In this document: positions 52,983-61,519 of the stretch, piece by piece
How the letters are laid out: each line of letters opens with the position of its first letter
Numbering within the stretch: position 1 is the stretch's first letter
Notes under the pieces: model-generated
Database searches by the model: none
Told to the model about the DNA's origin: nothing
What the model saw: only the letters and a program-made list of their open reading frames with translations
Source of the DNA: Cenarchaeum sp.
GTDB taxonomy: Archaea > Thermoproteota > Nitrososphaeria > Nitrososphaerales > Nitrosopumilaceae
Length of the DNA stretch: 64,000 bases
Reading direction: 5' to 3'
Assembly (NCBI GenBank): GCA_965206845.1
Contig: OZ242221.1
Location: 992,001-1,056,000 of the forward strand
Made by a program: the position numbers and the translations under genes

Positions 52983-53298
52983 GGTAGTAGCCCCGCCGGC
53001 TCCGATCTGGACTGACGGCCCCATCTCCCGGCGTACAAGATCCGCCACGTTGACGGGGAAGCGTGGATGCTCCACCTTAGGGCTGCTCCCTCCCGGACCT
53101 CGCCCCTTTCGATGGTTCAGATTTAGAAGTTGTCCCTTCAGACAATCCCAATCCTGCAACCACCCGCCCCGGCGTGATTTCATCTCCGCACGCCAAGCGG
53201 GAACTGCCATTCCAGAGATTTACCCGACAGTTGCTGATCTCTGCATATAGCCGGTTTCAGAACGGGGCACGGCTGGCACCCCAATCCTCCCTACTACC
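52983..53298 (-). ncRNA. ffs: Archaeal signal recognition particle (7S) RNA
   Basis: Helix-8 motif GAGGTCCGGGAGGGAGCAGC on the minus strand; complementary termini GGTAGTAG/CTACTACC; ~316 nt. Confidence 0.88.
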
Positions 53299-53330
53299 GG
53301 TATCCCTAAAGGAGGCTGGCTATATTTGCA

Positions 53331-54242
53331 TTATCCCCTGCGGCCCTTCAGCCTCAGAACCATGCTGCACACAGAGCACGTGTCCCCGGTGCACCGGCTC
53401 CCGCAGCCGGGGCAGGTAACCTGCACCTTGCTGCCGGTGCCCCGTACCGCCTGCGCCACCTTCTGTGTGGACCTGTACATGTTGTTCTTGGCCCCGGCAT
53501 GCCCGTCCTCCAGGGCGTTGAGAAACCTCCGGATCTCGGTCCTTATGCCCTCGTTCATGTGCGGGCAGGGCTCCGTCTGGAAGGGGATGCCGTTGGTGAA
53601 CGCAAAGAACGCTATCTCGGCCTCGTGCAGCTCGTCAAAGGGCTTTATCCTCCTGATCCCGTCCGGGGTCGCGTCGGGATCCATCCACCCAATCCTGGTG
53701 ACATCCCCGGAGATCATGTTTATGAGAAACGTCTGCAGGCTGTCGTCCTTGTTGTGGGCCGTCGCAATCACGTCGGCGCCCAGTTCCTCTGCGGCGCGGT
53801 CAAGGGCCCTTCTTCTCAGGGTGCCGCATATGGAACACGAGGTGGTCTTGGTATCCCGCAGCGTGAGCGCCTCGTCCAGCGTCATGCCAAAGAGATCCCC
53901 GTACGAGTACACCCTGTACTGAACACCCAGCTCTGCGCAGTACCTCTCCACAATCCCCAGCGCCTCGTCCCGGTAGCCCGGTATGCCCTCGTCTATGGTG
54001 ACTGCCATAATCCGAAAGTTGTGGGTCTCTGCCATCCTTGAGAGCACGTACAGCAGCGCCAGCGAGTCCTTGCCGCCAGAGACTCCGACGCACACCAGCT
54101 GGCCGCTCCGTATCATGTTATACTTTGAGATGGTCCTTGCGGCCTTTCTCTGTATCGAGTCAGAGAAGCACCCCCCGCACAGGTTCTCTCCGGAGTACCT
54201 TCTCGAGTATGCCGCCTGGTTCTGGCACCTGTCACACTTCAT
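53331..54242 (-). CDS. tRNA 2-thiolation protein (TIGR00269, TtuA/NcsA family)
   Basis: SGGKDS PP-loop, CSICG, HNKDD, terminal Zn fingers. Confidence 0.9.
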   Translation of the reverse strand: MKCDRCQNQAAYSRRYSGENLCGGCFSDSIQRKAARTISKYNMIRSGQLVCVGVSGGKDSLALLYVLSRMAETHNFRIMAVTIDEGIPGYRDEALGIVERYCAELGVQYRVYSYGDLFGMTLDEALTLRDTKTTSCSICGTLRRRALDRAAEELGADVIATAHNKDDSLQTFLINMISGDVTRIGWMDPDATPDGIRRIKPFDELHEAEIAFFAFTNGIPFQTEPCPHMNEGIRTEIRRFLNALEDGHAGAKNNMYRSTQKVAQAVRGTGSKVQVTCPGCGSRCTGDTCSVCSMVLRLKGRRG

Positions 54243-54319
54243 GCCGTATCCAGGCAGCCGGCTTTAATTTACTTTGGCGAGTGTATCCAATCCGCCTCTG
54301 GCGCGTCACAGAGAAACCC

Positions 54320-54811
54320 TCACGCCGGGCTAGGCGCGGCCAGCCCTGCCGCGCTCCTCGACTCTGACTGCCTGCAGCAGTCGCCCATGGGGATGTCCAG
54401 GTCGTGGGGACACTTTCTTGGGTGGTTCAGCATGGTGCAGAGCGCGTCGGTAAACTGCTTGCTCATGTGGTGCTCGATCCCGCAGACCATCTCCTCGTCG
54501 ATGGCAAGCTTCATGGCGGAGCTCATCAGGACCTCCAGAAGCCTGCTGTTTCTCATCATGCCAGAGCCGATGCTCTCGCCATCGAGCGTCAGCTTGACGC
54601 CGGCCTTGTTGTAGTTTACCAGCTTCTGGCCGTTGAGCTTTTTGAGCATCTGCACCACGCTGGACTGCCTCACGTTGAGCATCTTGGCGATGGTGCTGAT
54701 CTTTACCGGGGTCTTGTTCTCCTTGAGGTGCCATATGGCCTTGAGGTACATCTCGACATGCTCTGCCTCTGCGGTGCCGACAAACAGAACCTCCTCGTCC
54801 AACTGATCCAT
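54320..54811 (-). CDS. DtxR/MntR-family metal-dependent regulator
   Basis: EMYLKAIW, HTH, IEH, P..CPH..IP. Confidence 0.88.
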   Translation of the reverse strand: MDQLDEEVLFVGTAEAEHVEMYLKAIWHLKENKTPVKISTIAKMLNVRQSSVVQMLKKLNGQKLVNYNKAGVKLTLDGESIGSGMMRNSRLLEVLMSSAMKLAIDEEMVCGIEHHMSKQFTDALCTMLNHPRKCPHDLDIPMGDCCRQSESRSAAGLAAPSPA

Positions 54812-54812
54812 G

Positions 54813-55580
54813 TCATATCTCCCTCGAGTCTTTTAATAAGTATTCAAAGTACTGCCGGGCAAACCCCGCCAGCCCCGCATGGTCAGCCCATATGGCAACG
54901 GTGTCCTTCAGGGAGCTGCTGCTGACCTCGGATCCCAGGAGTATCACCACGTATCGGCGATCCGATATGATGCCGCCGCCAAACAGGCCCTTCCTTACCT
55001 TGATCTGCGCAATGCGTGACCCGGCCTTGAGCGACTCCTCGTCCATCCGGTCCGACGTCAGGATGGTGATCTTCACGCCCCGGTCATAGAGCGCCCTGAG
55101 CTTCGGCAGCGCCTGTCTCACCAGGGCCTGCCCCGCCTCCGGGAGCGCGATCATCACCTCGCTCCGGCACGACTCGACCATCTCCAGCATCTTTGTGGCG
55201 ATGTTGACCGTCCCGGACAGGACCCAGATGTCGGGCCTCTCCCTGGTCCCGCTCTTCTCGTACAGGGGCATCAGCTCCCCCAGTATGACGCTCTGGCGCT
55301 CCGCAAACTCCGCCTCCATCTGTTGCTTGGCGGCCTCCATTATCATCGGGGGGGATCTGGCAAAGTAGTTGGTGGGCCGGGACTCGTCTGACTCGATCCA
55401 TCCCCTAGTCTTCATGGTGCCTAGCACCTCGTAGATCTTCGAGTAGGGCACGGCGGAGCTGCGGCTCAGGTTCAGGGCGTTCTGCTCCCCACGCTGCAGC
55501 AGTGACGTGAAGATCTTGATCTCATAGCCGGTCAGGCCGATCTTCTTGAGGGCCTCTCTGGTGCCGGGAGATATGCTCAC
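54813..55580 (-). CDS. TrmB-family transcriptional regulator
   Basis: GLTGYE, VPYSKIYEVL, RP..Y.A. Confidence 0.88.
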   Translation of the reverse strand: MSISPGTREALKKIGLTGYEIKIFTSLLQRGEQNALNLSRSSAVPYSKIYEVLGTMKTRGWIESDESRPTNYFARSPPMIMEAAKQQMEAEFAERQSVILGELMPLYEKSGTRERPDIWVLSGTVNIATKMLEMVESCRSEVMIALPEAGQALVRQALPKLRALYDRGVKITILTSDRMDEESLKAGSRIAQIKVRKGLFGGGIISDRRYVVILLGSEVSSSSLKDTVAIWADHAGLAGFARQYFEYLLKDSREI

Positions 55581-55689
55581 GCCACCTCTCGGCCTGCCTG
55601 TCTATTTAACTATCGTTTGTTTTCCTACAAAACCACCGGTGTGTGGTCGGAAAGCGATTATATATGATTATTTTGATTGCTAAACAGTA

Positions 55690-57354
55690 ATGGCTCTAAT
55701 TCAGATTGCGAATCAATCTATAAAGAAGGTAGGCAAGAGATCTACCATCCGGTTTACCCAGAGCATATGCCCCGACTGTAACATGATCCTGGATGCAGAG
55801 GTCTTTGAGAGGGACGGCATGGTATACATGACAAAGACATGCCCCACCCACGGCGAGTGTGAGGAGCTGTACTTTGGCTCGTACGAGATGTACAACAAGT
55901 TCAGCACGTACTGGATGGATGGCAAGGGTGCCCACGCTCCCAACGTTATGATTGACAAGTGCTCGTGTCCCAACAACTGCGGACTCTGTTCAAACCACCT
56001 GTCCCACAGCGGACTGGCCAACATGATTGTTACCAATAGATGCGACCTTACCTGCTGGTACTGCTTCTTTTATGTGAAGAAGGGCCTGGAGGGGGCGTAC
56101 ATGTACGAACCGTCGCACGACCAGGTGCGCGCAATGATGAAGACCCTCAGGGCCGAGAGGCCGATACCGGGCAACTCGATGCAGATCACCGGCGGCGAGC
56201 CCATGCTCCGGGAGGACATCGACACCGTAATCAAGATAATGAAGGAGGAGGGTGTCGACCACATCCAGATGAACACCAACGGTATCAGGCACGCAATGGA
56301 TCCGGAGGCTGCCAGGGATGTAAGGCTTGCAGGGTGCAACAACCTCTATCTCAGCTTTGACGGCGTTACCGCCAGGACCAACCCGAAGAACCACTGGGAG
56401 ATTCCACATGCTCTTGACAGCTGCCGCAAGACCGGAACCACCGTGGTCTTTGTCCCCACAGTGATAAAGTCAATAAACGATCACGAGCTGGGCGGAATCA
56501 TCAGGTACGCACAGAAGAACATGGACATCGTTCACGCAGTCAACTTCCAGCCCGTGTCCCTCACAGGCAGAATGGGCAAGCAAGAGCGTGAAAAGTACAG
56601 AATCACCATACCAGACTGCATACAGAGAATCGAGGAGCAGACCAACGGCGAGGTCACCATAGACGACTGGTTCCCGGTTCCCAGCTGCATGCCACTGACA
56701 AACGTCATCGAGGCGTTCTCCAGCAAGCCAAAGTACGAACTCTCGATCCACTTTGCATGCGGCGCAGGCACGTACATCTTTGAGGATGCCGACACCAAGA
56801 AGTTTGTCCCACTTACCAAATTCTGCGACATCCAGGGAATGCTGGAGCTCTTTGAGGACAAGTCAGAGGAGATTCGCTCCGGCAAGAACAAGTACTTTAC
56901 AATGCTTGAGGTGGTGAGAAAACTGAAGAGTTTCGTGGACACCAAAAAACAGCCTGCCGGCCTTGACTTGGCAAAGATGTTTGGCAACATACTCATGAAG
57001 AGATCCTTTGACTCTGTGGGCTCTTGGCACGTAAAGGGCCTGTTCCTTGGCATGATGCACTTCCAGGACAAGTACAACGAGGACTTGGAGCGGCTGCAGA
57101 GATGCGACATACACTACCTCACACCGGATCTCAGAATCGTTCCGTTCTGTGCCTTCAACGTGATTCCAGAGTGGTACCGTGACAGAATCCAGAAAAAGTA
57201 CTCCATTACCGTGGAGGAATGGGAGGAGAGAGAGGGCGTAAAGCTGGAAGACGGCCTGTACAGGGGCCTTATGAGACGCGGTGCCGGCGACGAGCTAGCT
57301 GCAGGCTGTGCCAAAAGCCAGATGTTCCACGAGGCATCACAGTCACTGATGTAG
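55690..57354 (+). CDS. tes: Radical SAM tetraether lipid synthase (Tes/GDGT-MAS)
   Basis: N-terminal CPDC...CPTHG, CPNNCGLC..H, CDLTCWYC radical SAM motif, C-terminal RC.IHY...PFC. Confidence 0.88.
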   Translation: MALIQIANQSIKKVGKRSTIRFTQSICPDCNMILDAEVFERDGMVYMTKTCPTHGECEELYFGSYEMYNKFSTYWMDGKGAHAPNVMIDKCSCPNNCGLCSNHLSHSGLANMIVTNRCDLTCWYCFFYVKKGLEGAYMYEPSHDQVRAMMKTLRAERPIPGNSMQITGGEPMLREDIDTVIKIMKEEGVDHIQMNTNGIRHAMDPEAARDVRLAGCNNLYLSFDGVTARTNPKNHWEIPHALDSCRKTGTTVVFVPTVIKSINDHELGGIIRYAQKNMDIVHAVNFQPVSLTGRMGKQEREKYRITIPDCIQRIEEQTNGEVTIDDWFPVPSCMPLTNVIEAFSSKPKYELSIHFACGAGTYIFEDADTKKFVPLTKFCDIQGMLELFEDKSEEIRSGKNKYFTMLEVVRKLKSFVDTKKQPAGLDLAKMFGNILMKRSFDSVGSWHVKGLFLGMMHFQDKYNEDLERLQRCDIHYLTPDLRIVPFCAFNVIPEWYRDRIQKKYSITVEEWEEREGVKLEDGLYRGLMRRGAGDELAAGCAKSQMFHEASQSLM

Positions 57355-57605
57355 ACCAGAACACTGCGTCTTCAGATTTTGATGGATCGGTTTGTGTTTG
57401 GGCGCCATCGGCCTGTGTACCCGGAAAGGATGCGGTTCCTGCGTCCTGTGCATGGATGTCCCCGCACTGGCACCCGTGCCATGCCGGTTTTGCGCTCTGG
57501 ACGAGGCAGCCCATTGGTTAGAGGGCTCACCAATGCGGGCCAAACGCCATAAAATTCATCCCGCCGGGCTCCGGGGAGCCGCCTGCTGGCCGATCCGTAA
57601 AAAAA

Positions 57606-59551
57606 GGGAATTATATACTTCGGTTACAGAACCGTTGCCTTTTTCTGGTGCTCTGTCGATCCCTCCCACTCGTGGCTCTTGCGTGATGTCTGTGGAGCGG
57701 ACTGGGCAGCCCTGTCATGGAATCCCGCGCCAGGCAGGCGACAAGGATGGCTATGACGGTATGGACAGTCTGCATGGTCTGCATACTAATGACAGTGTTG
57801 CCGCGGCGCTTTTATGCGGTGTGGCATATTGCATGCGGTAATGAAATCAATCGATATGGTGGCAACGGCGCTGGTAACGGTACCGGCGCCAGAAGCGAAA
57901 GCGAAACCGGCAAGGGAGGACACGGTGATCCGCACAATAAAGGTGGACTTTGGCCAGTCCGTGGCGCTGTCAGAGCTCATATCGCGCCTCATTGTGCAGC
58001 AGCGGTGGGCATACAACGTGGCCGTAGAGGAGATGCTGAATGACCCGACAGTAAGCAAATTTGATCTCAACAACAAGCTCACCGCGTGGAGGCAGAAGCA
58101 CGACTGGCTTGACGGCAACGTCTCTGTGCAACGGGCCGGGCTTGCCCAGGGAAGGGATGCCGTGCTGAAGTTTCTGGAATCAAACACTACAAAGCGCGCC
58201 CGCAGGATCATGTGGAAAGACAAATCCAAGAAATATAGAGAAAATAAAACGGAAAAAAATGACAAGAGGCTCAGGGAAGACGGAGATGGCGCCGGCGCAA
58301 ACCTGTCCCTGACCCCATGGAGTGGCAGAAAGAACAGGTGGAGCCACGAAAGCGACCTGTACAGGGCAAGGGGCGACAGGCAGGCGCTGTGTGTGTTTGG
58401 AAAGCCCGTGCAAAAGGACAACAACAGGATCATGCTACCGGGCATCGGCACAGTAGGCGTGCACGGCGAGATGATGGAATGGGACATGCGATCCTTCCAG
58501 CTTGTGGAGACAACCAAAAGGATCACCAGGCGCACCAGGGACCGCGACCGGACATACCGCCTCCACGTCAATGTCCGCATCAGAAAGCCCCGACCGGTGG
58601 AGTGTGATATAGTCCGTGGTGTCGACATGGGGATTGTCCACAACGCGACAACTGTGGACCTTGACACAGGCTACACGGAGTTCCACGACATGCCCAAGGA
58701 CTGCAGGAGGTCAAAGAACGATGAGGTATCGCGGATGCAGGCGGAGCTCTCAAGGAAGCGTGGAGGCAGCGGCAACCGGCGCATCAGGCAGAATGGTAAA
58801 GGCGACTGTCCCGGCAATGCCAGCATCAACGGCGGCACCAATGGGGACGGGAACGGCAGTAACAGCAAGCCGGGCAAATCGGGCAAGCAATGCAAGACCG
58901 TCGGGCCGAACCGCATCAACAGAAAGGCCAAGCGCGACAGGCCAAGGAAGCCCAAATCACGAAGTTACAAGGATCTGCAAAGGAAGATACAAAAAAAGCG
59001 GGAAAAGGTCGCCAACCGCCAGACGAACTGGGAGCGCCACGCGTCAAAGAAGATAGCCGACGGCGCCGGCACGGTGGCCATCGAGGATCTGAATATCAAA
59101 AACATGACGGCCAGGGCCAAAGGCAGTGGAAGCTCCGCCAAGAACGGCCTCAACCGCGAGATGGCATACTCCAGGCCGGGGACGTTCCAAAGGCGGATCG
59201 AGGGCGCATGCGCGAACGCCGGCGTGAAGGTAATCTCCGTTTATCCGGGGGGCACGAGCACCACATGCTACATGTGCGGCCGCAGGGACAAAGGCTCCCG
59301 CGTGTCGCAGGCCGAGTTCATATGCACGAATCACAAATGCGAATGCCACATCAACGCGGACGTCAATGCCGCGTATAACATTGCCGCCAGGGCGGCGGCA
59401 GGGCGGCGGGGAACGTCGTCCAAAGGCGCGAGATTCCAGGCCGGGATTGCTCCCGGACGCTCCGCAAACAACACGCAAGAGCCACGCGTGGGAGGGATCG
59501 CCGGAGCGCCAGAAAAAGGCAACGGTTCTGTAACCGAAGTATATAATTCCC
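57606..59551 (+). mobile_element. TIR-bounded, TnpB-carrying non-autonomous transposon (copy E2)
   Basis: TIR perfect for 43 bp (GGGAATTATATACTTCGGTTACAGAACCGTTGCCTTTTTCTGG), extending imperfectly to ~95-100 bp; flanks TAAAAAAA / TAAATAGG (no exact TSD). Confidence 0.9.
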
Positions 59552-59715
59552 TAAATAGGCTTCAAAACAATAGATCAGCAAGGTGTCCATGGGAGAAGAC
59601 TATCCGGAGTATGGTGAGGAGATCGGGTCCGCAGAGGTGCCAGAGGCAGACCCCTACAATTCCGACGTATTTGCAGAACCGGGACAGGCTCGGCACGATC
59701 CGGATATGGATCTGA
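57841..59715 (+). CDS. tnpB: TnpB/Cas12f-like RNA-guided endonuclease, 624 aa (reads through the element end)
   Basis: RGVDMG, AIEDL, TSTTCYMCG...CTNHKC, NADVNAAYNI; start MKSID homologous to E1/E3. Confidence 0.88.
   Translation: MKSIDMVATALVTVPAPEAKAKPAREDTVIRTIKVDFGQSVALSELISRLIVQQRWAYNVAVEEMLNDPTVSKFDLNNKLTAWRQKHDWLDGNVSVQRAGLAQGRDAVLKFLESNTTKRARRIMWKDKSKKYRENKTEKNDKRLREDGDGAGANLSLTPWSGRKNRWSHESDLYRARGDRQALCVFGKPVQKDNNRIMLPGIGTVGVHGEMMEWDMRSFQLVETTKRITRRTRDRDRTYRLHVNVRIRKPRPVECDIVRGVDMGIVHNATTVDLDTGYTEFHDMPKDCRRSKNDEVSRMQAELSRKRGGSGNRRIRQNGKGDCPGNASINGGTNGDGNGSNSKPGKSGKQCKTVGPNRINRKAKRDRPRKPKSRSYKDLQRKIQKKREKVANRQTNWERHASKKIADGAGTVAIEDLNIKNMTARAKGSGSSAKNGLNREMAYSRPGTFQRRIEGACANAGVKVISVYPGGTSTTCYMCGRRDKGSRVSQAEFICTNHKCECHINADVNAAYNIAARAAAGRRGTSSKGARFQAGIAPGRSANNTQEPRVGGIAGAPEKGNGSVTEVYNSLNRLQNNRSARCPWEKTIRSMVRRSGPQRCQRQTPTIPTYLQNRDRLGTIRIWI
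59381..59551 (+). ncRNA. Putative omegaRNA scaffold (E2)
   Basis: Hairpins at 59402-59420 and 59441-59456 show compensatory changes relative to E1/E3. Confidence 0.6.
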
Positions 59716-60014
59716 TCGAGCAGCTGAACCCCGTAGAGACCAAGGAGGGTGAAAAGATCGGCAAGAGCCAGTGCAAAAAAATCTGCTATGGGTTCAGGGC
59801 CATCAAGCCGCCCCGGCGTGGGCGCTACTCGTCGGGCCAGGTAAGGTGCATGATCTGTGACATCTTCATAAGCCGGGAGGGGTGCGCCGACAAGAGCGGG
59901 AACACCGCAACCCCGGAGGCCATGGGGCTGTTCTGCAAGTGCTGCGGGTACAGGGTGCGTACCAAGCCCAGGGCAAGCATATACAAGCAAAAGTTCAACA
60001 GGGATATCCAATAG
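59589..60014 (+). CDS. Cys-rich Zn-binding hypothetical protein
   Basis: CKKIC, CMIC, CKCCG.RVRTKPR. Confidence 0.75.
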   Translation: MGEDYPEYGEEIGSAEVPEADPYNSDVFAEPGQARHDPDMDLIEQLNPVETKEGEKIGKSQCKKICYGFRAIKPPRRGRYSSGQVRCMICDIFISREGCADKSGNTATPEAMGLFCKCCGYRVRTKPRASIYKQKFNRDIQ

Positions 60015-60083
60015 GGGGATACCCATTGCGGCAAAAAACCGCCGAACAAAAAACTTAACTTGAGACGGATCGTACCCTCTGAC

Positions 60084-60530
60084 GTGAAGCTGACCAGCCA
60101 GACGTTTCAAGACGGATCCGAGATTCCCAGGAGGTGCGGCTACAAGACAAAAAACGTCAGCCCCGCCCTGCATGTCAGCGACATCCCGCCGGGCACGAGA
60201 TCGCTTGCGCTGGTGATGGATGATCCTGACGCCATGAAGCCTGCAGGCAAGGTCTGGGTGCACTGGCTCGTGTGGGGCATAGGCCCGGCAGCCGCCGGGG
60301 TTGCCGAAGGCTCCGCCTTTGACGGCGCCGTGGAGGGGAAGACCGACTTTGGCAGTACGGGATACGGCGGACCGGCCCCACCGGACGGGAGGCACACATA
60401 CGTCTTCAAAATCTATGCGCTGGACGCCAGGCTGAGCCTTGCTGGCGGGGCCAGAAAGCCGGAGCTTGAGGGCGCCATCAAGGGACATGTCATCGGGCAG
60501 GCGGTCCTGAAGGGAACCTTTGCCCCCTGA
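60084..60530 (+). CDS. YbhB/YbcL (PEBP) family protein
   Basis: NVSP.L, DDPDA, WVHW, YGGPAPP, H.Y.F..YALD. Confidence 0.92.
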   Translation: MKLTSQTFQDGSEIPRRCGYKTKNVSPALHVSDIPPGTRSLALVMDDPDAMKPAGKVWVHWLVWGIGPAAAGVAEGSAFDGAVEGKTDFGSTGYGGPAPPDGRHTYVFKIYALDARLSLAGGARKPELEGAIKGHVIGQAVLKGTFAP

Positions 60531-60712
60531 CTGCGATCCGCCGGGCTCTCGCTGCGCGCCCCCCGCACACGGCAGCCCCATGCCAAAAAACTCAATTAGG
60601 AACGTGGCGGGGTTAGGGCGCGGGCATTGATGAGCATATCCCTCTGATTGGTGATGTGGATCTTGAGTTCTGAGCCTGCTGATTTTTATGGCAGACCGCG
60701 CATGCGGCAGGT

Positions 60713-61132
60713 GTGAAATCGCTGACACGGTACCTCAGATACGAGACAAAGACCCGCAGGGAGTTCGTCAACATAACGCCGGAGGTCGAGGCACTGGTCA
60801 GGGAGAGCGGGATCCGGGAGGGGCTCTGCCTGGTCAACGCGATGCACATCACTGCCAGCGTCTTCATCAACGATGACGAGGGCGGGCTCCACCGCGATTA
60901 TGAGCAGTGGCTTGAGGGGCTCGCCCCGCACGAGCCCACAGACGCGTACCTGCACAACCGGACCGGCGAGGACAACGCGGACGCCCACCTGAAGCGGCAG
61001 GTCATGGGCAGGGAGGTCGTCGTGGCGGTTACGGGCGGCGCGCTGGACTTCGGCCCGTGGGAGCAGATCTTCTACGGTGAGTTTGACGGAAGGAGATCCA
61101 AGCGCGTGCTGGTGAAGATAATCGGCGAGTGA
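60713..61132 (+). CDS. yjbQ: YjbQ/UPF0047 family protein
   Basis: [28 protein letters not shown]. Confidence 0.92.
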   Translation: MKSLTRYLRYETKTRREFVNITPEVEALVRESGIREGLCLVNAMHITASVFINDDEGGLHRDYEQWLEGLAPHEPTDAYLHNRTGEDNADAHLKRQVMGREVVVAVTGGALDFGPWEQIFYGEFDGRRSKRVLVKIIGE

Positions 61133-61133
61133 C

Positions 61134-61298
61134 CTATCCAAAGTCCACGTCGCGCTTCTGGCTCTGCCCCTCGTTCTTCCTGGCTGCCGCGCGAAACTTG
61201 TCGCTGTGGTTTTGTGGCCCGTGGCCGCACTTTACGCAGGCAATGAGGTACCCGTTGGTGTTCTTCTGGTATGTCTCGCAACCGCAAAAGCAGGCCAT
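61134..61298 (-). CDS. Small Cys-rich hypothetical protein (54 aa)
   Basis: Below the ORF-track cutoff; MACFCGC...CVKCGHGPQNH; ATATAT box ~25 nt upstream. Confidence 0.6.
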   Translation of the reverse strand: MACFCGCETYQKNTNGYLIACVKCGHGPQNHSDKFRAAARKNEGQSQKRDVDFG

Positions 61299-61338
61299 GT
61301 GATCTGCTGGAGTGCCGGTTGATATATCTCTTGAGAAA

Positions 61339-61519
61339 GGGAATTATATACATGAGTGTACAGTACCCATGCCTTTTGCTGGCGCTCTTGCATTGCCTCC
61401 CACGCTTGGCTCTCGCGTGTTGTTTGCGGAACGCGCGGGAGCAATCCCGCGCTGGCTTCTCGCGCCTTCAGACGACGATCCCCGCCGCCCTGCCGCCAAG
61501 GCTTTCGCCTTGGAAGCAA
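61339..61519 (-). ncRNA. Putative omegaRNA scaffold (E3)
   Basis: CCAAGGC-GAAA-GCCTTGG and GCGCGGGA-TTGC-TCCCGCGC hairpins; conserved with E1/E2. Confidence 0.6.

Noticed and set aside
61134-61298. Ribosomal protein L37e
   Set aside because: Cys spacing and sequence do not fit; kept as hypothetical.
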